Positions 1 through 12,937 are shown, numbered from the whole stretch's first letter. The stretch is 56,617 nucleotides of DNA, filler included, from Dugesia japonica (GCA_001938525.1; 5 parts of 5 records of this genome joined end to end with filler, not necessarily neighbours in it); one strand, 5' to 3'. Notes: generated by a model not told the origin, from the sequence alone. Numbers and translations: made by a program.

Positions 1-399
1 AAGTATTTCTCTGCTTCTTCTTTATTTCCATACATTAATAAATTTTAATTTCTTCTATTATTTTCGGAAACTCTAGATTTATAAACAAATTTATAATACC
101 AATCAAATTAAAAATACAATTACGTTAAGTTCAAATTAAAAATCTAAAAGTATTATTTAAAACAAATCCTATTTTACACAAAACAAATTTTATTATTTAA
201 TATTTTATAATAACTCTTTTAATAAAAAAATTGCATAAAAATTATAATAATCAGTAATTTTACATATATACTTCTTAGAGACATACTATAGTTAACAATT
301 GTTATTTAAATAGTGACATACTATAGTGAAGAACCAACCTTGGAAGGGGAACCCTATGAATTTAATTATCAACAATGAACTTACTGTCATTGACATAAT

Positions 400-1590
400 T
401 TATAACTTATATATCAAATTCAGTGCAATTAGCTTGTTTATTGTGAAATTGCCAGTTCTTTGTAGACCATGCGATGCAGATTCTTATGCTGGCAAGTGCA
501 AACTTTCTCATTACATTGACTTTGAGACCAAGGTATTCCAAGATAGACTCATTTTCAACACACCAAGATCCCAGACATTCAAATGAAATTGTCTCAAGAT
601 AGACATTCCAACTTGGAAGATTACGTTTAATGTTTTCTTTGATTAATGTGTATATCCTGATATTGATGTCTCTAGCCAATTTGATGTTGTTAGAAGTGTT
701 ATAAGGATTTTTCACATCCAGCAATATAATCTTACTCTATTCTACATTGATCAGTTGTAAATCAACTCAATTAGTGCGGTTCACAAATTCGCAAAACTGG
801 TGGACAATAAATTTGAAACTCGTAATTCAACGAAAAAAGTTCGCAAGAAGTTTCAGGAAATCATTGAAAAAAGCCAATGATGGACCGCAGTGACAAAGGA
901 CATGAACTTTGGTTTCAACAAGAAGTGCATATCTTCTGCAGACTTTATTTCCGAGACGAAGATTAGATCCTACAGGATGAGTGCATGTTCGTGCTTTATC
1001 TGCTTTATACTTGATATATAGTTTTGTCATAAAGAGGTCTATTCGAGAGTGGAGACTCACCAATTGAAGTACGTTGAAGGAACAATTGACTGACTACGTT
1101 TAAATTGAGAGTTCCATTTTTTAGTATGTGACTAGCTCATAATGTTGTGTAAGAGTTTAGTCCCTGTTCCCTTATCCTACATAGAAACCGAATAATTTCC
1201 TGCAGACAGATTGAAGGCAGATTCTGCGTTCATTGACCTGGAATCTTACTTGAAAATCGAATTTTTTCTTTAGATAAGTAATTGACATCTGAATTTTCGA
1301 TGACCAGCATTTTTAAATCGTGCAGGTGGCATGTTTCTGAACCCAGTTGAGTACCTTATGAATGGTGCATAGATTTGGAGGATTAAGCTGTTTGTATGCA
1401 GTATTGATAAGGTCATTTTTAGCTATATCGCTAACTATTACATCTCGACAAACAAGCATCTTGAATCCTTGAATGATTGATTGTATCACATACTCATCCC
1501 TGGCTTCAGTTAATCCAACTCCTCTGTTGGGGTGAAACACCCAGTCAACGAAAAAACTAGACCAGGAGGATCTTAAACCAGCAAGCACCA
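400..1590 (-). mobile_element. Degenerate 3' part of an RLE-type non-LTR retrotransposon (NeSL/Utopia-like): RT thumb, CCHC knuckle, restriction-like endonuclease
   Basis: Broken minus-strand frames, in order: thumb-like DWVFHPNRGVGL; knuckle CRRY..ETKVHVLCHC; endonuclease (V)DLQL..ILLDVKNPY; C-terminal LGSW..NESILEYLG..IAWS. This order and these motifs are typical of RLE-clade elements. Confidence 0.8.
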
Positions 1591-3139
1591 TAAAAAAAGA
1601 AAAAAATACTGTATGAGGGAAAAATACTAACATTAAAAACAAGACCGGGTAGGAAATTAATGATAAAAGGGAGCAACATAAGAAAAGTCGATAACCATGA
1701 ACCTGGATAATCAAACCAACATCCATTAATTAAAAAAATGATTAAATTATTATTTAAAGAAGCAAAAAAACTATTAACAAAAACAATTAATTATAAAGCA
1801 AATATGAATTAATTAAAGGTTAAAATAAATTAAAATTAGGCCGAAATCCATTTTATGAGAATAACTTTGCCCCAGAAGATCACAGGAACTCAGCGCAAGA
1901 AAATTCAGGAAGAGTGAATGGGGGGAATCTTAATTTTATAATTGAAAAATTATACCTTCATCCAGAAGGGTCCTATTGGGATCCAAAGATTTGGCCAATA
2001 CGGATTCAGAAAATAAAAATAAGACAAAACACAATCGATCACATGAGGTTTTAAAAATAACTGCCAATTAGAGTTCTAAAACTCTAAACAAATTACAGAT
2101 AATTATCATCAAAACCAATCAAGAACGGAAGATTCAAACTAAAAATAGCAGACCAACGACAATTAAGTTATGGTGTCTCGTAAAATGATATTTAAAATCC
2201 CTTGATTTTGAACGAAAAAACAACAAAAAAACAACAATTTTCATAGTAATTAAAACACTGGAAAACTCATCAACTAGTGAAAACACTACCAATTAATTTT
2301 CAAGAATTTAAAGTAACTACCGTTGATTTCACGTTAATATTTGGAAAAGAAAACAAAACCAGGTAAAGAGAAATCGTCTATATTAACTAAAATTAACTCT
2401 TGAAAATAAAGAACTAGGCATCATCTACCAATTCTAAATCGAACTATCAATTGGCCACTTTGAAAAATCCTGTTGCAGAATCCTAAATTCATTAGTAAGC
2501 AATGTGTTTCAATTTTATTGCTATATTATGATTTGATCATTAAATAAAATATCACTATAAATGTGTGTTTATAATCAGTCAATCAAAATATAATTAAAAG
2601 AAAATTTTTTCTAATTAAATGATATATTTAGTCATTTCTAAAAATAGCAATTCTTTTTATGATAGTTGCATGATTATCAGCGAAGTATGTTGTCNNNNNN
2701 NNNNNNNNNNNNNNNNNNNNNNNNNNNNNNNGATAGCACTATTAACATTTCGTTCATACCCACAAAATCGATAGCTCTAATTAGTTATCTATGTGAATAA
2801 TAGGTGTGCCGGCCGTTGTTCAATTAATGAGTCATCACTGAGGAGATGGCATTATTAGTTGTTTGCTAATATAATGAATGCACATTAATCAGCAAATTTG
2901 CCTCGTACCATGCTAGAAGTCAATCGATGATATAATCAAACTGGATTTTCGCATTTCAAATTGAATAACGTTTTAATAGTGGATTTTGCATTATGATGAC
3001 CACAACAACTATCAGAGATCGTCCGTTTCGTGACTCTATCCAGGTAGGCCATCGTTTCTTCTCTACAAATTAGGCCATACCGATAGTTAACTGTGGTGAT
3101 TCCCATCAAATTCCTCAATATGAATGAACTTCGTTGTTA

Positions 3140-3610
3140 ATTACGATTCAGCTGGTTTATGACAATATACGACTTATTTTGATTCCAAATATCATTTCCT
3201 GTCTATTTCTGTATAACTAATGAATAGTGATTCGATATTCGATTTTATTTTATTTCACATTTTGCATGAGTATTCATTGGATTAATTATACATAAGACCT
3301 CTTACTGATCGTCCTTGGATTTATTTTTGTATCTGAATTGAACCGGAAAANNNNNNNNNNNNNNNNNNNNNNNNNNNNNNNNNNNNNNNNNNNNNNNNNN
3401 ATTACGATTCAGCTGGTTTATGACAATATACGACTTATTTTGATTCCAAATATCATTTCCTGTCTATTTCTGTACAACTAATGGAAAGTGATTCGATATT
3501 CGATTTTATTTTATTTCACATTATGCATGAGTATTTGTTGGATTAATTATACATAAGACCTCTTACTGATCGTCCTTGGATTTATTTTTGTATCTGAATT
3601 GAACCGGAAA
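3140..3610. repeat. ~210-bp near-identical direct duplication flanking a 50-N gap
   Basis: 3140-3350 is repeated at 3401-3610 with a few substitutions; probably an unmerged allelic overlap, possibly a tandem duplication. Confidence 0.9.
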
Positions 3611-4768
3611 ATAATTTCTGAAACGATAAATCTAGTTTCACAAATATTATTATTATCATTATTATGTTTTTATAACCATTCTCATTGACCTCTGTATATG
3701 GACATTAGTGTTTTCCAATTCACCACAATCGCTAGGTTTGAGAAAATACAACAAGGGATTAGATTTTGATTTTGAAGACATCGTGGTGGTTATTGAAATT
3801 GCACTCCCTGTTATTATAGAATAAACCTGATATCGTTATCATTCATTATGATTAATTTATTAATTGCGGCCACAAATATATTATTTTCTTTGGTATTTAG
3901 TCTCATATGAATCGGGGTTTTATGGTGGATTTTTCCGGCTTTCTTATAAGTAAATAGCTGCGTTGCCAATATAAGTATGTCATCAGTAATTTTTTCTGCA
4001 TGAACAAAACTATTATTTAGATTTATTATAATCATTAATATTATTTACAATGTTGTTTATCAGGCTAATAAAAATAGCTCTTATATTGTAATTCAGCTCT
4101 TATACCACCACACTTTACCAATACCATTGCATCTACTGAGGCGTCCATTATTAGATCAATACTCGACAACATTATCATTGTAAGTATGGGTATAGATTAT
4201 TGAAGGTATTACGAAGGTTATACTATGATTAATTCTAATGTGGTCGTTCATATTCGTATTGCTATTACTCGCGCCCGCACTATCATTATTATTGAAATCA
4301 TTGCTTATAACCTGATCTAAACTATCCACCATCAGTAGTATATGGTTAACACTGGAAGTAACCTATAGATACATCTAACTATATTTTCGCTGGGATCGAA
4401 GCCGAAATCTTTAAATAAGATTTCGATTTTGTTGAGTCCTTATATTTTTCTTTCAGGTAGAATTCGAGAATTCTGAAAGATACGTTGTACCTAATTCGTC
4501 AAGAAAGAGAACAGGCCTGTTGTAAGCAATTGGTTGGTCACCTCCTATTCCCTCATCTTGTTCTTCACCAGGATGAAATGGATTTAAGGTGTTTTAGGGA
4601 TGTATATCCCTTCCCTTGGGGGGTAGACCTATACATTGAACCTGGCTATAAATCATAAAACAAACTTCAGTGTCGATGACGCTCATTGTTATTATTTATC
4701 TAATTTTGTTTTATATTTATTGATGTTTCGAATATCGTATTATGTTGACGGTAATTTAAATTTTTCAG

Positions 4769-5007
4769 TCAGAAATGGAATCAATATGGGAGAGGGTAAT
4801 GGACCGCATAACCGCGACGCGGGTGTTCTGTCTGACCGGTCGAACTTACCACCGGTAAATGCCATCGTCGCCCGTATCCAAGACTTTGGCGAGCGACAAA
4901 ATTATCGGAGTTGGACGGGGCCGGACCGAACCCTTGTCACAACATTCCATTATCAACCTACAGCCCCACCCCCAGCGGTGCAGGTTTTTATTAACAATTT
5001 ATTATAA
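4769..5007 (+). CDS. Short GC-rich ORF/exon of unknown family (MGEGNGPHNRDAGVLSDRSNLPPVNAIVARIQDFGERQNYRSW...)
   Basis: Open, visibly GC-rich segment after a tttttcag acceptor (AG at 4767-68); TATAAA at ~4647 and AATAAA at ~5112; no recognisable domain. Confidence 0.4.
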
Positions 5008-5189
5008 GTTGTAAGAGAACCCTCGGGTAGCGAGGATTCAGAGAATACGGCAACCATGGAAGATTAGACTCTTACCCATTAGTGTGTTGCTATTAAGTTT
5101 ATTGTGTGTTAAAATAAAATCACTAATTATTCTTTTCTTATCACTAAATCTTTTTATTCCGAAGTTGTCTTATATGAAAACTAAGATTA

Positions 5190-6166
5190 ATGGTAGTTAG
5201 TTGTCCACCGGGTACCAATAAATGTAAGTATTCGGTGCTACTCACCAAGGTTTTGTATTGTGTTTAACCGAAATTCGTTTTTTTCTAGTGCACTCGTTCT
5301 TGAATCGCACTACAGCACCAACCAAGAAAATGCGAGAGTCCAGCGATGAGGCCGAAATCACGTGGGACCTATACAAATTAGCAAAACGGCGATGGAAGGC
5401 CAGTACGGCATCCGCTGAAGCCAAAGTAGGCCGTTATAAAAAAATGTTTGGCTTTTAAAGCCGAGGCGGAAGAGTCCCACCGGCAAGAGAGAATCTGTAA
5501 GGCTCAATTAGAGTCGTTCACTGAGATTATCCGGTCCTACCAAGACCGAGAGAATAAATTGGTTCAGGATATTCACGAATTGAAAACAGCAATGCCCCTC
5601 GAACCATTGATGGTCGATAAGGGTAACCAGGCTCCAAGAACTTAATATCTGCCATTGCATAAATATATGTTTTGATATTAAAATTTATTTTTTTAATTCT
5701 ATTACTTTTGCTTAGTTAATTGGCCTATCTGTCACCGAACGAATAAACTAATGTTATATCTTGTTTAGTGCCGCGAATAACATTCCCAAACAGCTTAAGA
5801 AGATGTCATCGAATTATGCGACGTCTCCTAGTCGAGCGAAAACTTAAGCGAAAGACCGACTGAGCACTTCTGAAGCACCTTAATCAGAGAGATCAATTAA
5901 TAAGAAGTCTTGACTCGATAGTCAAACGACAGAGCAGCCTGGCCGAACAAACTAAGGCTCTCGCACAAGAAGCACAGTTACTGTTACAGCGCAAAATNGA
6001 ATTTTTGAAACAGTATATTGCCGATCTCTCCCGTCAACTAGGAAACCCTACATGGGTCCAATGGGACGATAACAACGATTCGGCATCGTTCAACGTTTTG
6101 ACGACCGATCCAGCTCAGTGGTTAGACCCGGTGCATTGGATATCATGTAATTTTTATGTAAAATAA
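5190..6166 (+). pseudogene. Three-exon spliced gene of unknown family, predicted coiled-coil protein (~250 aa), with one frameshift and one premature stop
   Basis: Exons 5190-5223, 5289-5622 and 5769-6166 join in matching phase 1 via GT-AG introns. Frameshift in an A-run at ~5440; in-frame TGA at ~5861; AATAAA overlaps the stop. Exons are GC-rich and introns AT-rich. Confidence 0.65.
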
Positions 6167-6227
6167 AGTTGTTATTGTTCTACTCATTCTAACCTTTAAT
6201 AAATTCGTAGTAATAGGGAAAATAGTG

Positions 6228-6400
6228 AACCCAAATCCAAAGGCCTATGGGCGCGCACCTCCCATTAAGCGAGAGGTCAACCATCATAAGCGAATACCTA
6301 ACCTAGGGGCGTTAGGTTAAATTCTTTGAAAGGTTCCCTGAGGGCTATTTTTCCCCAGTCACGTTTTCTTCACTCAACTCAGGTGGAAACCCAACACCTC
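6228..6400 (-). ncRNA. Candidate structured RNA motif, copy A
   Basis: Minus strand: gcttatg a tg GTTGAC ctctc gcttaat gggagG TGCGCGC ccataggcc TTTGGATTTGGGTTC. Stems acctctc/gggaggt and gcttatg/cataggc; outer stem gaacctttcaaag/ctttggatttgggttc. Confidence 0.55.
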
Positions 6401-6727
6401 TATGTTTTTTGGAGCTGTATAGGTAATCAGAAGCGATAATCCAGAAAATTTAATTGTAAACATCTACCCATAATAATGTAGCAATTATGTCTACACCAGC
6501 TACTATTGCAATGATTAAATATTTACATCATGTATTCGACAATCAAATAATTTACCTATAAGACATTATTATTTGCCAANTTTTTTTTCTCAACATCATT
6601 TTCATTAATCTTTGGAAAGTTACAGGTGTTCCGCATAATCTAGTAAACTTAAATTATCTATATTCTGTTTTGAATTCGGTTTTTTTTCTTTTCATGATAT
6701 AGGTACTTGATAATAACCATTGAAAAG

Positions 6728-6905
6728 TGTGATATATTTAAATTATGATAATATTTAAATCTATTTAAATTCAAATTATTGAATATTTAAAATTAAATAT
6801 TCAAAATATTAAAATGAATTTGATTTGTTGTAATATTGCTATTTTATGAAATATAATTTTAAATTGTTAAATATCTTATTATTTAATATCTACATTTATA
6901 TAACA
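6728..6905 (+). repeat. 5' LTR of Gypsy element
   Basis: Starts TGTGATATATTTAAA, ends TAACA, followed by TGGCGTC (PBS-like); matches 11806-11939. Confidence 0.9.
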
Positions 6906-7147
6906 TGGCGTCAAATGAACAGAAACATTATCTGCAGAAATTTATGTTTAAAGAATAGGAAGCTAAATTGTTCAAGTTCCGAAAGGACAATGAAAGCTCA
7001 GTCATCGAGAACATCTAAAAAATGTCATGGAAATTTTAGTTTATTCGATGCTTGTAGNNNNNNNNNNNNNNNNNNNNNNNNNNNNNNNNNNNNNNNNNNN
7101 NNNNNNNNNNNNNNNNNNNNNNNNNNNNNNNNNNNNNNNNNNNNNNN

Positions 7148-7900
7148 TACGAAGGTAGATATCGATTACTTGGAAAAACATCTTATCAATTTACTGGATG
7201 TTAAACCATCAAAAATTAACCAAGCTATGCAATACTTAAATAATTGCAGTATTGAGGAGAAAAATAACGGATTTTGCTAAGCGTATTCATATGGAGAGCA
7301 GAGTTTTATCTGACAAGAAATAGGAAATCATGGTAAAAGCATTTATTAATGTCTTGGGAAATAGAAAATTGGCAAATGCACTTAAAATATTCGAATCAAA
7401 ATGATTGGAAAAGATTGTAGAAATTATGAAAGATGAAAAATTTACAGATGATTACAAAACGAATGAAAATGTTTTATGTAATATGTGCCAAGAGAATGAA
7501 ACTATAAAGAATTTGAAAATTGAAATAGAAAAGCTAAAGAATGAAATTGCTGAACAAAGAGACACAATTACAAATTTCGTGCACCAAATGTGTTTAATAT
7601 AAATAGGAATAATAATGCACAAAGTTCTGAAAAAACCCAAAAATGTATAACTGTGGGTAGATAAGAAACAAGAACATACTTTACATGTGATAAAAAAAGG
7701 CCATCTAGCTAGAGACTGCAATATCAAAAAATGGTTCATGTATGGGGGTGACCATCTTAAAAGAAACTGCAAACAAAAAAGCAATCTAAGATACTATTAT
7801 GATGAAGAAGAGCAAACAAAATCCGTATCAACGATAAACCAAAAGAAGAAGAAGATTACAGCGCTCAAGAGAATACGATAAGTGAAAATAAACCATTTTG
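7148..7900 (+). pseudogene. gag: Gypsy gag remnant
   Basis: Coiled-coil segment followed by degenerate zinc knuckles TCDKKGHLARDC and (C)FM(C)GGDHLKRNC. Confidence 0.8.
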
Positions 7901-8033
7901 GAACATTCAAAAATCTACTGAACTAATTAAAACGTTTAAACCGTCACTTGAAGATGGTTATGTCAATTTTATCGAATGAAATGGAGCACGGCCAAGACAA
8001 ACACTTAAAAAATATGAACCAACACTAATATCA

Positions 8034-11000
8034 GTGTCAAGCATAGATAAAGCAAGAAATAAACCAATTCTTGAATGTCAGGTTGCAAGGATACCAGTAA
8101 AAACTATGTTTGACACGGGCGCTGATTTGAATGTTATAAGCCAGGTATTAGCCGAGTGTATCTGTAAAAAGAACCATGTTGTAAGAATTTTTAAATCTAT
8201 TACAAAAGTAACATGCGCAAATGGTACAACAGAAGAATGTTTGGAGAAGATATTATTAAATATGGCAATTGAACCTGTAATGACAGCACACGTGTTTGAT
8301 ATTATGCCAAATATATTTCCACATATATATTGGATTAAGAAGCATGAAGAAATACGAAATAATTGTGGATGCAGCAAATGATGAAGTAATAATACAGAAT
8401 GTTAAGATTCCATTTATTTCTAAAACAGTTCTAGCTGAATCAATAAAAAACTAACACCGACCGTGTTAATGAGTTGTAATACGGGATTCAGAAAAACAGA
8501 GACTCNTGAGATTTATAATGATAAACAATGCTATAGAATTGCGGTATCTGAATGCGTAGATGCAAGTAGAATTGGTGAATATTTTATCATAGGCATGATA
8601 ATGGACCACTCAGATCAGAAAATTACTTATGACATGAGTAAAGAATGAATTTTCACTGAGATAAAGAGAAAATGACCGTGCGGAAACTTTTAGTAACTGA
8701 TGGAATTACATTCGATAATAATGGATACATGTGAGTAAGAAAATATATGTTAGAAGGTGGATGTAAAGCTTTACACATCGAAACTACACTCGGATATGAT
8801 GAAGAGCTTAATCAAAATGAAGAAGTGTTTGAAAACGTATCACTTAGACAATTGTCCTCTGAAAAACAAAGAAGAGAGGAAGAAATTACGAACAATATAC
8901 TTCAGAAAATTAAAAATGATATGGAAGTTGTAAACAATTACTACGATGGGGTCAAAACATTAGCCACGCTTGAAAGGAATAAAGATGTATTTAGTCGATA
9001 TAAGATGGATGTGGGTAAAACTGATATTATTGAACATAAAGTAGAAACAACCAATAGCAGACCAATTGCTTTCAAGCCACGAAATATACCAAAAGAACTC
9101 GAAGAAGAAGTAGAACATATGGTAAACAATTTGAAAGATGCTGGTGTTGTAAAGCTGAGTACTTCTCCATGGAACTTGCCAATTGTAGTGGTGAAAAAGA
9201 AAAACGGTGATAAACGTATGTGTGTTGACTACAGTGTACAGAATGTTAAAACAAACCGACCAATATTTTCAATACCATCATCAGAGGAAATATTTGACAG
9301 TATTGCTGCAGCTAAGTAGTTTTCAATTCTAGACCATTCGAGTGGATATCACTAAGTGCCGATAGCTAAAAAAGATCAGGAAAAAACAACATTCAGCACA
9401 AATTTGAATTATACGAATTTACCAGAATGCCGTTTGGATTATGCTCAGCATCAGCGNNNNNNNNNNNNNNNNNNNNNNNNNNNNNNNNNNNNNNNNNNNN
9501 NNNNNNNNNNNNNNNNNNNNNNNNNGATGTTTTAATATTCGGTAAAACTGTAGAAGAGCATAATGAAAGACTAGATCAAATATTAAAAAGAATAAGAGAA
9601 GCTGGACTTAAATTAGCACCAATTAAATGTAAATTTTTACAGGAAAAATATACAATATCTCGGACATATAATAACTAAAAATTGAATCGCAACAGATCCT
9701 GATAAGATAATGGCAATCCTAAAATGAGAGATTCCTCAATTTCGAAAAGAACTTCAAACAGTTTTAAGGTTTTGTAATTATTATAGGCGATTCATAAAGA
9801 ATTATGCAAATTTATCAGAACCTCTCAGTTCGATGCTAAAGAAAATAAATGAAATAATGAAAATAAAGAATATTTTTACAAGCTACGTAAAAGATTGACA
9901 GAACCANNNNNNNNNNNNNNNNNNNNNNNNNNNNNNNNNNNNNNNNNNNNNNNNNNNNNNNNNNNNNNNNNNNNNNNNNNNNNNNNNNNNNNNNNNNNNN
10001 NNNNNNNNNNNNNNNNNNNNNNNNNNNNNNNNNNNNNNNNNNNNNNNNNTCAGAAACAGTACTGCATCACAAAAAAGACTTTCTGCCAATAGATGCGTTT
10101 GTCATCAAGTTTAAGCACTATTTAATGGGATCACAATTTGTGGTACGAGAAGGTCATCAAGCTTAATTGAAATAGCCCAAATACGCCACAATACTGCATT
10201 TGGAAAGCTGAACTGGAGATTTTTAGATATGATCGTATAATTTAGAAAAGATCGTGAACATTCACGATTATTAGATTGCGAGCAGTGTTTAATAAAACCC
10301 GAAGATCCAAAAAGGAAAAGAAACGTTAAAATATACAAAACAACAGACAAAGATGAAGAACAAAGTATACGCTNNNNNNNNNNNNNNNNNNNNNNNNNNN
10401 NNNNNNNNNNNNNNNNNNNNNNNNNNNNNNNNNNNNNNNNNNNNNNNNNNNNGGCTCTAGAAAGAAACGAGATAACACTTCGTGACGTAGAGGTAAATAA
10501 GGAAATACAATTGTATTGGGATAAAAAGAAAGAACTGCGAATATGAGGTGAGATGCTATATTTAGAAACGGATGAGAAATATCTTCTTATTGTGCCCAGA
10601 AATAAAAGAGAAGATGTCATTTGAAAATATCATAAGTTATTTGGTCATCCAGGAATAGAAAAACAACAGGAGTTATCAAAAATGAGTATTATTGGCCGTG
10701 TATGGATAAAAACATAAGAGAACAACTATCAAAATGTAAAAATTTTAATGCGCATAAATATATTAACGAAAAATTAAAGCACCATTACAGAATATATCCG
10801 AAAAAGAACCATTTCAAAGTATTGCAACAGATATTACAGGACAATTTAAACCAAGGCAATATGGTTATAAATATATTCTTGGAGTTGTAAATTATTTTTC
10901 GAAGTTTATATGTTAAATTCCATTACGAACAATAACAACTGAAGATATATGTGAAGCTCTTTGGATACATTGGATATCCAATTTCTGAATACCTAGTCGA

Positions 11001-11640
11001 ATTCACTTAAATTGTGGTAGTAATTTTAATTCAGGTGCATTTCAGAAATATTGCAAGCAATTGGGAATCGTGAAAACATTTTCATCTCCATATTACCTTC
11101 AAGAAAACGGATTAGTAGACAGATTATTTAGAATGGCAAAACCTATGATTAGAGCAGTACTAGAAGACAGGAGAATTCAAGATTAGAGTACTGTGGTACC
11201 AATAATAGAATATTGATTACGAACAGCAACACAAAAAACGACTAAGTACACTCCGTATGAAATAGTATTTGGGAGGAAACCTAGAATCGTTATGTGGAAT
11301 GCTGGAAGGAGGGAAACGAACATCACAAAGAATTCTGATCAATATGTAGAACAATTAAAAAGAAATATTATGAATATTCATAGCCATGTAAGAAAAAAGA
11401 TTGAAAAACCTAATGAAGTAACATCAGCTAAATAGGACAAATATCGTTGGAGAGATGAAATTAAAATTGATGATAAAGTTCCGATAAAAAACAATGCACA
11501 TAATGGTTTTAAAAGGCAATATATTGGACCATTTAAAGTAATAAAGAAAATGAAGGAATGGACTTACACTTTGCTTGATGAAAATAGAAACATTTTAATT
11601 CAACGAAATACAACCAAATCAAAAGAATACTAATAAATGA
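8034..11640 (+). pseudogene. pol: Gypsy pol remnant (protease-RT-RNase H-integrase)
   Basis: FDTGADLNVI; SPWNLPIVVVKKKNGDKRMCVDY; MPFGL; DVLIFGKT; GHPGIEK; SPYYLQENGLVDR; GPF; many stops and frameshifts. Confidence 0.95.
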
Positions 11641-11805
11641 AATTTCCTTCAAGTCCTGGAGCACACAAACATCAGTAAGTAGCAAACAGAAAACAAACTT
11701 ATCAGTACAACCTGACCGACGAAATGAGAGCGATATCAGAAGACATTACAAAGAGAGAATGATAAGGAAACTGAATCCTCAATATTGATAAAGCAAAGGG
11801 AGGAA

Positions 11806-11939
11806 TGTGATATATTTAAATTATGATAATATTTAAATATATCTAAATTCAAATTATTGATTATTTAAAATTAAATATTCAAAATATTAAAATGAATTTG
11901 ATTTTATGAAATATAATTTTAACTTGTTAAATATCTTAT
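11806..11939 (+). repeat. 3' LTR of Gypsy element (internal deletion, 3'-truncated)
   Basis: Preceded by PPT AAAGGGAGGAA; near-identical to the 5' LTR but lacks a ~17-bp internal stretch and the terminal ..TAACA. Confidence 0.9.
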
Positions 11940-12277
11940 ACCGCATGCAGAAAATATTTAGAGAGAAAATAATGCTCTTCCAAATATTCTAAAACTTCTC
12001 TCTTAAATGAGTTATTTAACCGCTTTATGAAAAGAAAATGCCATGACCAACCACTACTAACAATTAGTCCTATGATAGTATTCACATGAACACTCTATTG
12101 TCTGATATCTTGATTTCATTAAAATTAACAATGTTGTGATTTTTTATTCATTATTCAATTAACATAGTGGTTTATCAACGTTTATTTTACTTGCATATGA
12201 ATATAGGAGAGGGTCGATTAGGCATGATCAATCAAAAGCTTCTATCGCTCTATTGAGATTTTTAAAAATTTATTTTG

Positions 12278-12357
12278 AATTCAAAGTAAATCGGTACGCG
12301 CCTGCACTCCTTGGAGGAGTCACCGACGATGCCGAATGAACAGGTCATAAGACGACC
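12278..12357 (-). ncRNA. Candidate structured RNA motif, copy B (5' part lost in gap)
   Basis: Minus strand: ggtcgt ctt atgacc .. tcggcatcgtc GGTGAC tcct cca aggaG TGCAGGC gcgtaccga TTTACTTTGAATT. Stems actcct/aggagt and tcgg..cgtc/ggcg..ccga. Confidence 0.55.
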
Positions 12358-12401
12358 NNNNNNNNNNNNNNNNNNNNNNNNNNNNNNNNNNNNNNNNNNN
12401 N

Positions 12402-12413
12402 TTAATTAATTAA
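12402..12413. other. Artificial assembly spacer TTAATTAATTAA centred in a 100-bp N gap (also 20928-20939, 36284-36295, 48154-48165)
   Basis: Identical 12-mer with stops in all six frames, in the middle of four equal-length N runs. Confidence 0.95.
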
Positions 12414-12899
12414 NNNNNNNNNNNNNNNNNNNNNNNNNNNNNNNNNNNNNNNNNNNNGTGATGAAAATATACGCTTAGTAGATGTGCTGAATCGTGTGCA
12501 AGATCATGTGACGAGAAGATTTTGCAAGGCATTATTTCATAAATGACCGCGTTCAAATAACGTAAAGGATGATGTTTAATTGGTTCGTCTGTTTCTTTAA
12601 TTAACGGCAAAATAATTATTTGAAATTCAAAAAAATTATCAACACGATTTGGCGTCATCCCATACTTTTTAATTGGCGTAAAATCGAAATTCACTTGTAT
12701 AGTTAAATAAGAATTTGTATAAAGATGATTGGTGCAAAATGATAACCTCGTAACAAAGTTTTTTAAGCATTTCTCAACAACCATGTAGCATCACTATTCG
12801 CCCATATAGAACTTCAAATGGAGATCTCTTAATAGCGCTTTGATAAGTTGCATTAATAGCAAATTCAATCTAATAATTTTAATAACTGTATTTTTGTTA

Positions 12900-12937
12900 A
12901 GACCGCGGACCGCTGTTTGAGAACTACTGCGCTAGAG
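12900..12937 (+). mobile_element. Right terminus of a Charlie-like hAT element/MITE
   Basis: CCGCGGACCGCTGTTTGAGAACTACTG (ends 12929) followed by CGCTAGAG, resembling the NTCTAGAN target site of Charlie/Buster hATs. Confidence 0.6.

Larger units (their letters stand above)
6728..11939 (+). mobile_element. Degenerate near-full-length Ty3/Gypsy LTR retrotransposon
   Basis: 5' LTR 6728-6905 (TG..CA), PBS-like TGGCG at 6906, gag with CCHC knuckles, protease, RT, RNase H, integrase, PPT, then a matching 3' LTR from 11806. Confidence 0.95.

Noticed and set aside
3140-3610. Tandem duplication as a biological repeat
   Set aside because: It exactly flanks an N gap; most simply an unmerged allelic overlap.
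7452-8377. Antisense ORFs over TE genes (also 10111-10620, 43160-43525, 45520-45903)
   Set aside because: Shadow frames of gag/pol with no independent coding signal.
9457-9525. N gaps coinciding with conserved RT/RNase H motifs
   Set aside because: Expected assembly behaviour in high-copy sequence, not biological deletion.
10262-10310. CxxC motif after RNase H in both Gypsy elements
   Set aside because: Common in invertebrate Gypsy lineages; not novel.
12291-12345. HDV-like ribozyme fold on the + strand
   Set aside because: P3/L3/P1.1 geometry does not fit, and the homologous copies support a different fold on the opposite strand.
12358-12457. Recurrent TTAATTAATTAA palindrome (4 copies)
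   Set aside because: Always centred in equal-length N runs; an artificial scaffold spacer. Adjacency across these joins is not guaranteed.
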